This document shows, in pieces, positions 10,201 through 18,755 of a stretch of 64,000 nucleotides of DNA (positions are counted from its first letter, which is position 1; each line of letters opens with the position of its first letter). The notes under the pieces are model-generated. The model was not told the DNA's origin and made no database searches. It was given only the letters and a program-made list of their open reading frames with translations. The translations under genes were made by a program, and so were the position numbers. The DNA lies in NCBI GenBank assembly GCA_044377005.1, contig JBILJV010000003.1:9778-73777 (forward strand), given 5' to 3'. The DNA is from Bacteroidia bacterium. Lineage in GTDB: Bacteria > Bacteroidota > Bacteroidia > NS11-12g > UBA955.

Positions 10201-13200
10201 TAAAACATTGATTTGCGGTATCTACCCTAAAAACGGTTATCGGCATAGGCCAAATTATAGCTTTTTTAGAAATCGAATCTTTACAACCATACTCAGAAAT
10301 AGCCTTCAATTTCACCCAATAGCTACTATCTTTGATATATTTAATTTTAAAAGTATCTGAATTATCAAGTTTATAAATATCACTCGACCAATAAAATTGA
10401 AAATTATTATATGGAATTGTACTGATATTATGTGCTTCAATTTGATGACCTAAAAAACAAAGGGCACTGTCTTTAAATTTAAAATCTGCTTTGGGCATTG
10501 GATGTACAACTACATATTTATATATAGTGTCAGTACAATTGAAATTAGACTTAGCAATTAACTTAACAGAATAATTTCCATGCTTCAGAAATATCTGTGT
10601 TGGATTAATATTTAAACTACTATTGGAATTTCCAAAATCCCAATTGAAGGATAAAGGAGTTTGATATTTGATATTTGATTGATTGATAAACTCAAACAAA
10701 TTATTTTTCAAACATTGACTATCTTTTAAAATTTTAAAATCCGCAATTGGCATTGGGTGAATTACAACAGAACTGTATGTGGTATCTTTGCAGAACCAAG
10801 CACTTTGGCTAATTAATCTTACATTAAATGTATCTGCTTGTGCAAAAACGTAGCTTTGACTTTTAAAAATAGAACTGTCCCCATTTCCAAAATTCCATTT
10901 TCTTGTTAATGAGGAATTATCTGAAACTGTGCTACTATCATTTAATAATATTTGATGATTCAAATAACATTGCTCTTTAATACTTTTTCCTATTTTAGCA
11001 ATTGGTTTTGGATGAATAACAACTGTATCAATAGTTGAATCTTTACATGAAAAAAGATTGCTAACTTCTAGTATTACTTGGTGTTTATTTACATTATTAA
11101 ATTTATAGTTAAATTTCTTTTTTGAACTAATTACATTATTAAGATAAATCCAATTTCTAGATATATTCAATGAATCAAAAATGGAAACATCTTCAAAACT
11201 GACTGAATCTCCATTGATACATTCATTTCTCACAGAAATTAACCTATTTGCAAATGGAGAAGGGAAAACTTGTATATTTTTAATGACAGTGTCCTTACAA
11301 TTGCGATTGGTTGTGCTAATTAATCTAATTGGATATTTTTTTACTGAATCAAAATGATGTATAAAATTCTTTAAGTTAGATGAAATATTATCTATACTTT
11401 GCCATTGATGAGATAGAAAAGTATCGCTATTAATGGAGCTTTTATTTATAAAATCAAAACGATTTTGATTTAAACAATATGAAACAGTTGAAATATCAAA
11501 GTCTGCTTTTGGGTTAGGAAACACTCTTACTTTTTTGATTATAGAATCTTGACATCCTTTGATACTAGAAACAATTAATTTAACATTAAAATCACCAGAA
11601 TCTTTAAATAAAAACTGAGTATTTAAATTTGAATCGGTGCCTTGGTTATCAAACTTCCAAGTGTTAAAAAAAGGGCTTTGTTTAGATTTAGTTGTATTAT
11701 TAAATTGATGTGGAGTTTTAAAACATACATTTTGAAAATCAAATTGAGGAATGGGCCTTGCCCATACATTAACTTGCTTAGTAATGGAATTGGTACAACC
11801 AGCTCTATTTCTGACCGTTAACGATACGTTATACAAAGAGTCTTTTAAATAGGTGATACTAGGATTTTTTAAATTACTCGTTTTTGTATTACCAAAATTC
11901 CAAACCCAAAGATTGATTCTGTCATTATATGAATTTGTCAAATCAGAAAATTGAGTTTTATTACCATGACATACTTCATTGAAATTAAAATCAGCTGTAG
12001 GATAGGGTGAAATATAAATTATTCTTGTTACGGAATCTATACATCCAAATGGGGAATATGTCTTTAATACAATTCTATAAGCACCTGTATCTGAGAATTG
12101 ATGTATAGGATTTCTTGAATGACTTGAATCTCCGTCTCCAAAAAACCATTCAAACTTGGCTACTTTTCCAGTTGCAAATACTGTTGTATTTGTAAAAGCA
12201 GTTGTATTGGTAGCACAATTTGTAGAATGAGTGAAGTTTGGAATAGGCTTTTCTTTAACATCCACTACTAAACGATAAATTGTATCATTAGTAGCAGGAA
12301 ATGTATCAGCACAAGTGACATTAATCCCATTATTATTAAATGTATTTCTAGCAATTAAATCAGGATAAAATAAGCCATAGTTTGTGTATGTAAATGAAAT
12401 ATTGGAAAGGTTATTGGTATTAGTAATTGAGTTGCCTGAATTTTTGTATCTGTATGTGAAGCTATTTGCATTAATACTTTCATTTTTAAAAGTAACACTT
12501 AAGGGTTGACAGCCTATTGAATCTGAAATAATTTTCAAAACTGCAGTTGGACCAATAATAGTAAACACATCAGAAATTGAATCTATACAACCAATTGTGT
12601 TTTGAACTACCAATTTCACATCATGAATACCAGCTTTAAAAAACTTAAATGGATTTTTGAGAAAACTATTACTTGCCCCATTATTAAAATACCAAGAAAA
12701 CTTTACGATTTTATCATCATTGTGCCCAAAATTATTTATGCTATCATACACAGTTGCTGAAGAAAAAAATTGAACAACTTGAGCACAAGTATATGTTTTT
12801 TGAGGAATTTTAATCTTTGAAAAAACATCAAAAAATCTAATTGGATTGGGTATACTTATTGTATCAATACATCCTGCACTATCTACATATCTCATTTTAA
12901 CATAGTAATCCCCAATCTTTGAATATTTTAATACAACATTTGACGATGGAATTACAAAACCATTACCATCTCCTATATCCCAAAGAGTAGTTTCAATTTG
13001 AGCCCTGTTAGGAAAAATCCAATTAGAAGTTCCATTAAAGTATTTTGAGGTATTAGATATTACTACGGAATCTCCTACACAAACTGAATATTTATTTAAA
13101 GAGAATGACCCATTTACACCTACCCGAACAATCATTGTATCTGTACCTTCGCACCCATTGACATGACGCATAAAAACAGATACTTTATATACACCATTTT

Positions 13201-15631
13201 TTAAATACCTATGTGTTCTTTGAGAGAGAGAGAGGTTGGTTTCAAATGTTCCGTCTCCAAAATCCCATCGAATAAACACAATTGAATCAAGAGTAGTATC
13301 TCTTAAATTGAATTTAAAATTAGAACCCTTACAGTAATGATTACTTGGATTATAATCTGATGTAAAACGTGGTTCTAACAAACCAAATTTAATTACTTTA
13401 TGATAAAAAAAGGTGTCTCTACATATATTATTTTGAGTATCTAAACCATTTTGTATAATAATCCCAACAGAGACCGTTCCATCCGGATTACAAGGCATAT
13501 AATTATAATTATAAACAGACTGGTTGGATAACCAATAACTATTAAAATTTCCTGACTGAGCTGCACAAGTAGAATCCCACATGACCCACCATTGTTCTCT
13601 TCCACAACTTGGAGTCGTTTGTCCTAAATTTAATGTCACTCTTTTTGACAATTCAGGACCTAAGCACAAACCTCGGGAATAACTAAAACTAATACCTGTT
13701 GAAGCATCTGGTGGCATCAATGGCAATGTCAAATCTGCAAAATCAACACAACCAATAATAGAATCTTCAACTGTAATTCGAGCACTGTAACAATTTTCAA
13801 AACCTTTTTTATATAAATGTTTAAATGTCAATGAATCTTTACTAAAATTACAATTACTATCTTTATTAATATTGCTTTTAGAATCAATTATACAATTAGA
13901 AGCATTTAAATCGTTAGCGTTCCATGTAACTTTTAATTGATGGTTTTTAAATGTTTGAGATGTGTTATTAAAATAAACCGTATCCTTAATTTGACATTGA
14001 AATCTATTAACTATATTGGCATTTGCAAGTGGACCATAAACAATTGCTGTATCTAATATTAAAGTTGTATCGCATCCATTTTTACTAATCTTTACACTTG
14101 GAATATATTGACCTATAACATTTCCCCTTGAATAACGGTGATTGGGATTCCATTGAGAAGACGAATCTGAGTCGTTGAAAAACCATTTAATCTTAGCTCC
14201 AAGAATAGGTGTTTGTTTAAAGCCAAAAAGATTTGTCCTTTTACAAAAATCATATACCGTATCTAACCTTGCATCTACAATAAAACTGGTGTTTACAATG
14301 CTATTTTGGGAGATAAAAGTATCTGCACAACCAAAACTATCAATAATAGTTAGCTTAATATTAAACGTTCCATCATCTGAATAAATATGTTGATTATTGT
14401 TCCAATTTATACTATCAATAGCAATATCTCCCCAATCAAAATAAAAACATTTAATCATTGGAGGTTTCATATTACTGATATTGTTTAATGAAATTACAGA
14501 TTTAAAACAACCTCCTGTCTTGTTTATTAAAAAATTTGCTTTAGGTTCTTTGTAAATTATAATAGAATCCTCACTGGTATACCTTGATGAACACCCATTA
14601 GAATCAATAACATCTTGTGTGATTTTATATGAACCTCCATTGGGATTAGTATATTTATAGCAAATAGAATTAGAAGAAGCTGGGATTAATTCCGAAAAGC
14701 CATCATCCCATAAAATATTTCTAAAATTTATACCTGTAGTATCAGCGCCTAATGACAAACAGACTTTATTTCCTTTATAACACTGTTTTAACAGGGAATT
14801 TATAGAAAACCAAGCGTTGGGCTGTTTAAATACATACACAAACAAACTATCAATCAAACAGGCTCCACCGGCATTATATTCAATATTAAGAGAAATTTTT
14901 TTAAACCCAGAAAGGCTATATTGATGAGAAAAATTTTGAGCATTTTGAGTTGAATTATCCCCTAAACGCCATTGATAACGAGATACAGAAAACCCACCTG
15001 TATTAACGCTAAAATTCACATCATCTGATTGACAAATAGAATCATCTGATAAAGATATATTGGGTTTACTATAAATGTTTATTGTTCGAGTGATTGAATC
15101 AGCACACCCTTCTTTAGTTTTAATTATTAATTTTACATTTTTTGCACCAAAGCCAACGTATGTATGTTGAGCATTATAACTGTTGGTTGAAGTGCTATCG
15201 CCAAAAGACCAGTTTACCCATTTTATAGAATCATAAACATCAATAACAGTTGTATTTGAGAAACTAGTTATTAAATTTTGACATGTATTATCAACTACAA
15301 AACTAGCTGAAGGTATTTTAAAAATCCTTATAGATTTTATTAGAGTGTCAACACAAGAATTATTTGAATCTCTTACAATTAATCGAACTAAAAATAAGCC
15401 TGTATCTGTGAAAGAGTGTTTTACAAAAGAATCATTACTATTATTTTGACTACCTGAATTTATGTCACCAAAATCCCAATCTAATAACTGTCCTTGACCA
15501 TTAAAATTAAACAAAATTGTATCCCCCAAACATTTTATACCATTTGACACAAAACTAGCATTACATTGTGAAAATGATTTAACAGGTAAGGAAAAAAAGA
15601 TTACTAAAAGTATGTAAAAAAAGGTTTTCAA
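7265..15631 (-). CDS. Giant secreted PKD-repeat surface protein (2788 aa) with a T9SS type-B (gliding-motility-associated, CHU_C-like) C-terminal sorting domain
   Basis: The N-terminal signal peptide is MKTFFYILLVIFFSLPVKSFSQ. About 28 units carry the PKD-like core W-x-F-G-D...NP.H.Y...G.Y.V.L......C.D. The C-terminus is LPSAFTPNSNGVNDFYKP...IFNRWGEKIFEG...GWDGTYQGE. Confidence 0.85.
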   Translation of the reverse strand: MKTFFYILLVIFFSLPVKSFSQCNASFVSNGIKCLGDTILFNFNGQGQLLDWDFGDINSGSQNNSNDSFVKHSFTDTGLFLVRLIVRDSNNSCVDTLIKSIRIFKIPSASFVVDNTCQNLITSFSNTTVIDVYDSIKWVNWSFGDSTSTNSYNAQHTYVGFGAKNVKLIIKTKEGCADSITRTINIYSKPNISLSDDSICQSDDVNFSVNTGGFSVSRYQWRLGDNSTQNAQNFSHQYSLSGFKKISLNIEYNAGGACLIDSLFVYVFKQPNAWFSINSLLKQCYKGNKVCLSLGADTTGINFRNILWDDGFSELIPASSNSICYKYTNPNGGSYKITQDVIDSNGCSSRYTSEDSIIIYKEPKANFLINKTGGCFKSVISLNNISNMKPPMIKCFYFDWGDIAIDSINWNNNQHIYSDDGTFNIKLTIIDSFGCADTFISQNSIVNTSFIVDARLDTVYDFCKRTNLFGFKQTPILGAKIKWFFNDSDSSSQWNPNHRYSRGNVIGQYIPSVKISKNGCDTTLILDTAIVYGPLANANIVNRFQCQIKDTVYFNNTSQTFKNHQLKVTWNANDLNASNCIIDSKSNINKDSNCNFSKDSLTFKHLYKKGFENCYSARITVEDSIIGCVDFADLTLPLMPPDASTGISFSYSRGLCLGPELSKRVTLNLGQTTPSCGREQWWVMWDSTCAAQSGNFNSYWLSNQSVYNYNYMPCNPDGTVSVGIIIQNGLDTQNNICRDTFFYHKVIKFGLLEPRFTSDYNPSNHYCKGSNFKFNLRDTTLDSIVFIRWDFGDGTFETNLSLSQRTHRYLKNGVYKVSVFMRHVNGCEGTDTMIVRVGVNGSFSLNKYSVCVGDSVVISNTSKYFNGTSNWIFPNRAQIETTLWDIGDGNGFVIPSSNVVLKYSKIGDYYVKMRYVDSAGCIDTISIPNPIRFFDVFSKIKIPQKTYTCAQVVQFFSSATVYDSINNFGHNDDKIVKFSWYFNNGASNSFLKNPFKFFKAGIHDVKLVVQNTIGCIDSISDVFTIIGPTAVLKIISDSIGCQPLSVTFKNESINANSFTYRYKNSGNSITNTNNLSNISFTYTNYGLFYPDLIARNTFNNNGINVTCADTFPATNDTIYRLVVDVKEKPIPNFTHSTNCATNTTAFTNTTVFATGKVAKFEWFFGDGDSSHSRNPIHQFSDTGAYRIVLKTYSPFGCIDSVTRIIYISPYPTADFNFNEVCHGNKTQFSDLTNSYNDRINLWVWNFGNTKTSNLKNPSITYLKDSLYNVSLTVRNRAGCTNSITKQVNVWARPIPQFDFQNVCFKTPHQFNNTTKSKQSPFFNTWKFDNQGTDSNLNTQFLFKDSGDFNVKLIVSSIKGCQDSIIKKVRVFPNPKADFDISTVSYCLNQNRFDFINKSSINSDTFLSHQWQSIDNISSNLKNFIHHFDSVKKYPIRLISTTNRNCKDTVIKNIQVFPSPFANRLISVRNECINGDSVSFEDVSIFDSLNISRNWIYLNNVISSKKKFNYKFNNVNKHQVILEVSNLFSCKDSTIDTVVIHPKPIAKIGKSIKEQCYLNHQILLNDSSTVSDNSSLTRKWNFGNGDSSIFKSQSYVFAQADTFNVRLISQSAWFCKDTTYSSVVIHPMPIADFKILKDSQCLKNNLFEFINQSNIKYQTPLSFNWDFGNSNSSLNINPTQIFLKHGNYSVKLIAKSNFNCTDTIYKYVVVHPMPKADFKFKDSALCFLGHQIEAHNISTIPYNNFQFYWSSDIYKLDNSDTFKIKYIKDSSYWVKLKAISEYGCKDSISKKAIIWPMPITVFRVDTANQCFRNNLYSFFNLSTSKDGNLKYNWFFGDSDSSNIKDPQHHYNNDGLFNVKLVSSSINECRDTMSIDVNVFPMPNALVRINNPSQCLNAQNFVFLDSSNIKKGSLKSKWIWFDSKIDSTKVVNRTFVKDSTLSHKLVSISNQNCKDTTLFSVIIHSVPNVKFSINDSDQCVNVQQYQMTNLSTINKGNLSYVWKFGDSNQSIIPNPIHKYSKPGIYDIELLAISENLCKDSLRKSNRVYYKPNVSILTDSAQCLLNNKFNLIGSSSIDEGQLINYFWYKDSKLYSSNKDTNINYQSEGTYTMTYIVESDFKCLDTIVKTLIVHPMPIASFAINDSVQCENNNLFEITSTSSIPYGSTAEKWQFSDGDSDTGVILKRQYNYSDTIEVQLISESEYLCRDTAYKTIFNQPQPFASFIINDTNQCQRFNSFIFENKSVIGHGMIDYIWDFGDGNDTNSINAEHTYKQHQNYFVSLSALSNYGCRDTHSIKVIVFPDPKADYNIVNNSQCLRNNSFQFQNLSSIDSSQISFFWKMGDGFTSSVKNINHSYQSDGQFQVMLYVNSQYNCKDSISKMAFVNPMPIANFNINDTNQCINEQFFVFNNTSRIKYGKIDSTRWWINNLFFNQQNTVNIKNYSSGIKNTFLRVVSDSNCIDTINKFLRVYPKPIADFTVNDSVQCIEGNFYIFKDNSIDSFGVNNVNWYVDKQYQTSVNPFTKTYNIAKTYQVTMVPVSIYNCKDTIQKTIRVKPMPDPSFNSLKPFYCNDEPAFQLLPKTSGGLFEGNNVNGDLFSPEILWQDTVSYTVTVEKCTSSSSQITQIYPFPEIELGNDTLLCKHEALLLKATNWNSEYYWQDGKRSAEYLAFKPGLYFVTAKNICGVASDSIHLSFRTNNCRLYLPSAFTPNSNGVNDFYKPITFGVEEMFFEIFNRWGEKIFEGDINSLGWDGTYQGELIQDAYFVVKVNYTFRTEFKKVAEYEKQVFYLLR
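7954..15559 (-). repeat. Tandem array of diverged PKD-domain coding units (about 85-90 codons each) inside the 2788 aa ORF
   Basis: One unit counted directly, PMPIADF...YVVVH, is 85 aa. The boundary motif (V/I)hP.P.A.F......QC recurs, and I counted about 28 W.FGD-like cores. Confidence 0.75.
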
Positions 15632-15850
15632 TACTTTACAAAAATAGCATTTTTTTTAAATTTAATTCAAATTGTAATATAAATTTAATTTAAAAGCAAG
15701 CAGCTTTCAATGATACTACAGATTACTTTTATTAAAAACATAAATGCACCTTTATTATATAAATATTCCATATTTTTAATTAATGTAAAATACTATAAAA
15801 AATTAGTTAAATTACATTTAAATCAAATATCAAAATCTAATATTTATATA

Positions 15851-15858
15851 TAAATTTG
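15851..15858 (+). promoter_or_regulatory. Candidate -7 promoter box (TAAATTTG) for the GT2 gene
   Basis: Exact TAnnTTTG match ending 4 nt before the ATG at 15863, inside a 230 bp extremely AT-rich divergent intergenic region. No clear -33 TTG. Confidence 0.3.
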
Positions 15859-15862
15859 TCAA

Positions 15863-16612
15863 ATGCTTATTTCAGCAGTCATTATCACCAAAAATGAAGA
15901 ACAAAATCTTGTTAAATCTCTGCCCAAGTTATTTTGGTGTGATGAAATAATTATTGTTGATGACCACAGTACCGATAATACAGTTGAACTTGCAAAGCAA
16001 TACAATTGTAAAGTTTACAACTACATTTTTGAAAATTTTGGCAAACAAAAACGATTGGCAGTTTCTTTGGCACAAAACAACTGGGTTTTGAGTTTGGATG
16101 CAGATGAAGTTTTGTCTGATGAATTGATTTTTGAACTAAAATCACTGAAAGAAGATAAAAACATTGACGGCTATTTAATTCCTCGTCAACATGTGTTTTT
16201 AAATACGACTTTTAAATATGGCAAAGAAAGTAAAGATTACATATTGCGTTTGTTTAACAAAGAAAAAGGAAATTTCAATGAGGCCAATGTTCATGAACAA
16301 GTTATATTGAATGGAAACACAAGCTCCTTAAAAGGAAGTATTTTACATTATAGTTATAAAAACCTTGACCATTATTTTAGTAAGTTTAATCAATATACCA
16401 CAAAAGGGGCAATTCAATTGAGAGAAAAAGGCAAAAAAAGAGCCTTAATATTTTGTATCCTAAGTTTTCCCATTTATTTTTTCAAACATTACTTCCTTTA
16501 CTTAAACATTTTAAATGGAAAAGCGGGCTTTGTATGGAGCTACTTAAGCGCTTGGTATCACACCGTAAAATACTTAAAACTATTCGAATTGAATAAAAAA
16601 GAGAACCTTTAA
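15863..16612 (+). CDS. Family 2 glycosyltransferase (LPS-core-type, WaaE/KdtX-like)
   Basis: ISAVIITKNEE...DEIIIVDDHSTDNT...LSLDADE are typical GT2 DxD-type motifs. 249 aa. Confidence 0.75.
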   Translation: MLISAVIITKNEEQNLVKSLPKLFWCDEIIIVDDHSTDNTVELAKQYNCKVYNYIFENFGKQKRLAVSLAQNNWVLSLDADEVLSDELIFELKSLKEDKNIDGYLIPRQHVFLNTTFKYGKESKDYILRLFNKEKGNFNEANVHEQVILNGNTSSLKGSILHYSYKNLDHYFSKFNQYTTKGAIQLREKGKKRALIFCILSFPIYFFKHYFLYLNILNGKAGFVWSYLSAWYHTVKYLKLFELNKKENL

Positions 16613-16670
16613 ACAGGCTCAAAATCTTATAAGATCAAAATCTTAGTTTTTATTGCAGCAAATATTCTTT

Positions 16671-16678
16671 TAAATTTG
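16671..16678 (+). promoter_or_regulatory. Candidate -7 promoter box (TAAATTTG) upstream of the ECF sigma gene
   Basis: Exact TAnnTTTG match 23 nt upstream of the ATG at 16702. A TTG at 16653..16655 is a possible -33 element, but its spacing is shorter than canonical. Confidence 0.3.
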
Positions 16679-16701
16679 TCTAACACATATCAGTGGTAGT
16701 A

Positions 16702-17259
16702 ATGTTTTCAGAAAAGCAAATTATTGAAGGATGCCTTAAAGGTGACAGATTGTCGCAGAAGGCTCTTTATAATCGCTTTGCCGGAAAAATGCTAGCAATA
16801 AGCAAACGATATCTTCCCGATTTGGAGCATGCTGAAGATGCTTTCCAAGACGCTTTTGTCAAAGTTTTTCAACATCTTAAAAGCTTTAATTTTCAAAGTA
16901 GTTTGGAAACTTGGATGACCCGAATATTTATCAATGAAGCTATTAATAAACTAAGGTCATTAAAACGTTTAACACTCAATGTTAACATTGATGATTTAAG
17001 CTACCAATTACCCGAAAACAAATCTGAACTACCTGATAATTTCGATTATGACCTTGTGATAATGTTGTTAGATAAAATTCCAGAAAACTACCGAATTGTA
17101 CTAATGTTATATGCCGTTGATGGTTTTAATCACAAAGAAATTGCTGAAAAACTAAACATGCCTGAAAGCACTTCACGTAGCTCACTTACAAGAGCTAGAT
17201 ATATGTTATGGCAACTATATAATAAAGAATTAATTAAACATGAATCCAGAGGAATTTGA
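16702..17259 (+). CDS. ECF-type RNA polymerase sigma factor (sigma-70 family, regions 2 and 4)
   Basis: Region 2 reads DAEDAFQDAFVKVFQHL...ETWMTRIFINEAIN. Region 4 is an [28 protein letters not shown]. The track starts at GTG 16693; ATG 16702 is preferred. Confidence 0.85.
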   Translation: MFSEKQIIEGCLKGDRLSQKALYNRFAGKMLAISKRYLPDLEHAEDAFQDAFVKVFQHLKSFNFQSSLETWMTRIFINEAINKLRSLKRLTLNVNIDDLSYQLPENKSELPDNFDYDLVIMLLDKIPENYRIVLMLYAVDGFNHKEIAEKLNMPESTSRSSLTRARYMLWQLYNKELIKHESRGI

Positions 17260-18703
17260 TAATAAATTAAAAAAAACATTCGAAAGTGAAAATTTGCCAC
17301 CCAAAGAAGAAATGTGGCAAAACATTTCAAGTCAACTTGACCAAAAAGCAAAATTAAACTTTTGGTGGGTCTTTACTGTTTCTGCTATTTTGATTGGAAT
17401 GATCATTGTTGGTCAACAATTTTCTGTATCTTTAAAAAAGGAAACTACAATTTCTAATATTGAGCAAAAAGTTGTAAATTCTCCAAACGAAACCATACTT
17501 TCGAGTAAGGACGAGCAAATACGCAAATCACAAATCGTCGAAATCAATCAAGAAAATGGGAACTCAGTATCAAAAAATCAAAACTCAACTGATGATAATA
17601 ATTCAATAAAATATCAAAGAGAAACTGCTCAATCAACAACCCAATTAAGCACTGCATTGCAATCTAATAAAGCATCAAAAGCATCTCCTAAATTACATAC
17701 CAAAGATAATTCTCATTTGATAAAAACATCAACTCCATTAGAGGTAAATATTCCTAATTCAACCTTAACACCAATTTTAACAACCTTTGAAAATAAAAAT
17801 TCTTTGGAAAAAGAAATGGCATCTATTGAAAATTTCCAACAAATCAACTTTTTGAGATTAAAAAACTTTCAAACTAAACCCAATCTTTTTTCGCTTAGTT
17901 TCTTTAATCCAATTGAGACTTTGACAACAAACAAAAAATTCAAAACTAACAAAAAAAACAACCCTAAAGAATTTTACGAAAAATGGTTCCTTACATTTGG
18001 CATAGGACCGCAGTTCAATATCAACAAAGCTAATGTTCCCAATGCATTGGAATCATATGTTCACAAAGATTTATGGAAAAACAAGGATAATACTACTCAC
18101 AATGGAATTGGATTTAACACCTTTGCTTTATTAAATTACAAGTTTGGAAAAGACTTAATTTTTGAAACTGGTTTGGATTACCGTTTAAGAACCGAAGATA
18201 TTAAACTAGACATTACAAGCATTGATATTGCGGCTAGAAATAATACCAAACAAATCATACAATATGCCAATATCAAATTATTATATATTGTAGGCAACGA
18301 CACTACTTTTTATGATGCAATAGCAAGTTTTAATTTAGCTGTGAAAAATAAATACCATGTCATTAATATCCCATTCAATTTCAAAAAAGAAATTTCAATA
18401 AGAGACCAATCCTATCTATCATTAGGTTTAGGTGGCGGTATTTCTTACATTCATAGTAATACCTCAAAACACATCGACATGGTTAATGAAATAGTAAAAA
18501 CCGAGAATAAAAGATCGGCTTTCAACACTTCAATTAACACACAAATAGCGTTTTATACAAACTTTAATGATGTTGGTCAAATTGGTGTTTACACTGGCTA
18601 TACTCTGTTTACTAACCCTTGGCAAATCAATCATAAACAGTATTCTATCAGTATGAGAGACGTTCAGTTTGGAATCACCTACCGTAAACCATTGCAATGG
18701 TAA
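17240..18703 (+). CDS. Anti-sigma-like membrane protein with a C-terminal outer-membrane beta-barrel-like domain
   Basis: It overlaps the sigma gene by 20 nt. A short N-terminal segment is followed by one TM helix (FWWVFTVSAILIGMIIVG) and an S/T/N/Q-rich linker. The C-terminal ~240 aa show an alternating hydrophobic pattern and end in an aromatic residue (GITYRKPLQW). Confidence 0.5.
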   Translation: MNPEEFDNKLKKTFESENLPPKEEMWQNISSQLDQKAKLNFWWVFTVSAILIGMIIVGQQFSVSLKKETTISNIEQKVVNSPNETILSSKDEQIRKSQIVEINQENGNSVSKNQNSTDDNNSIKYQRETAQSTTQLSTALQSNKASKASPKLHTKDNSHLIKTSTPLEVNIPNSTLTPILTTFENKNSLEKEMASIENFQQINFLRLKNFQTKPNLFSLSFFNPIETLTTNKKFKTNKKNNPKEFYEKWFLTFGIGPQFNINKANVPNALESYVHKDLWKNKDNTTHNGIGFNTFALLNYKFGKDLIFETGLDYRLRTEDIKLDITSIDIAARNNTKQIIQYANIKLLYIVGNDTTFYDAIASFNLAVKNKYHVINIPFNFKKEISIRDQSYLSLGLGGGISYIHSNTSKHIDMVNEIVKTENKRSAFNTSINTQIAFYTNFNDVGQIGVYTGYTLFTNPWQINHKQYSISMRDVQFGITYRKPLQW

Positions 18704-18755
18704 TCTCAAAAGTGCGTCTTTTATATTTACTATTTTTTAATGAACTTTGTAGCTA

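Noticed and set aside
7954-15559. A regular ~255-270 nt periodicity that could suggest a CRISPR array or satellite repeat
   Set aside because: The region is one uninterrupted 2788-codon ORF. The period equals one PKD domain, and the units are diverged, with no identical short repeats or unique spacers.
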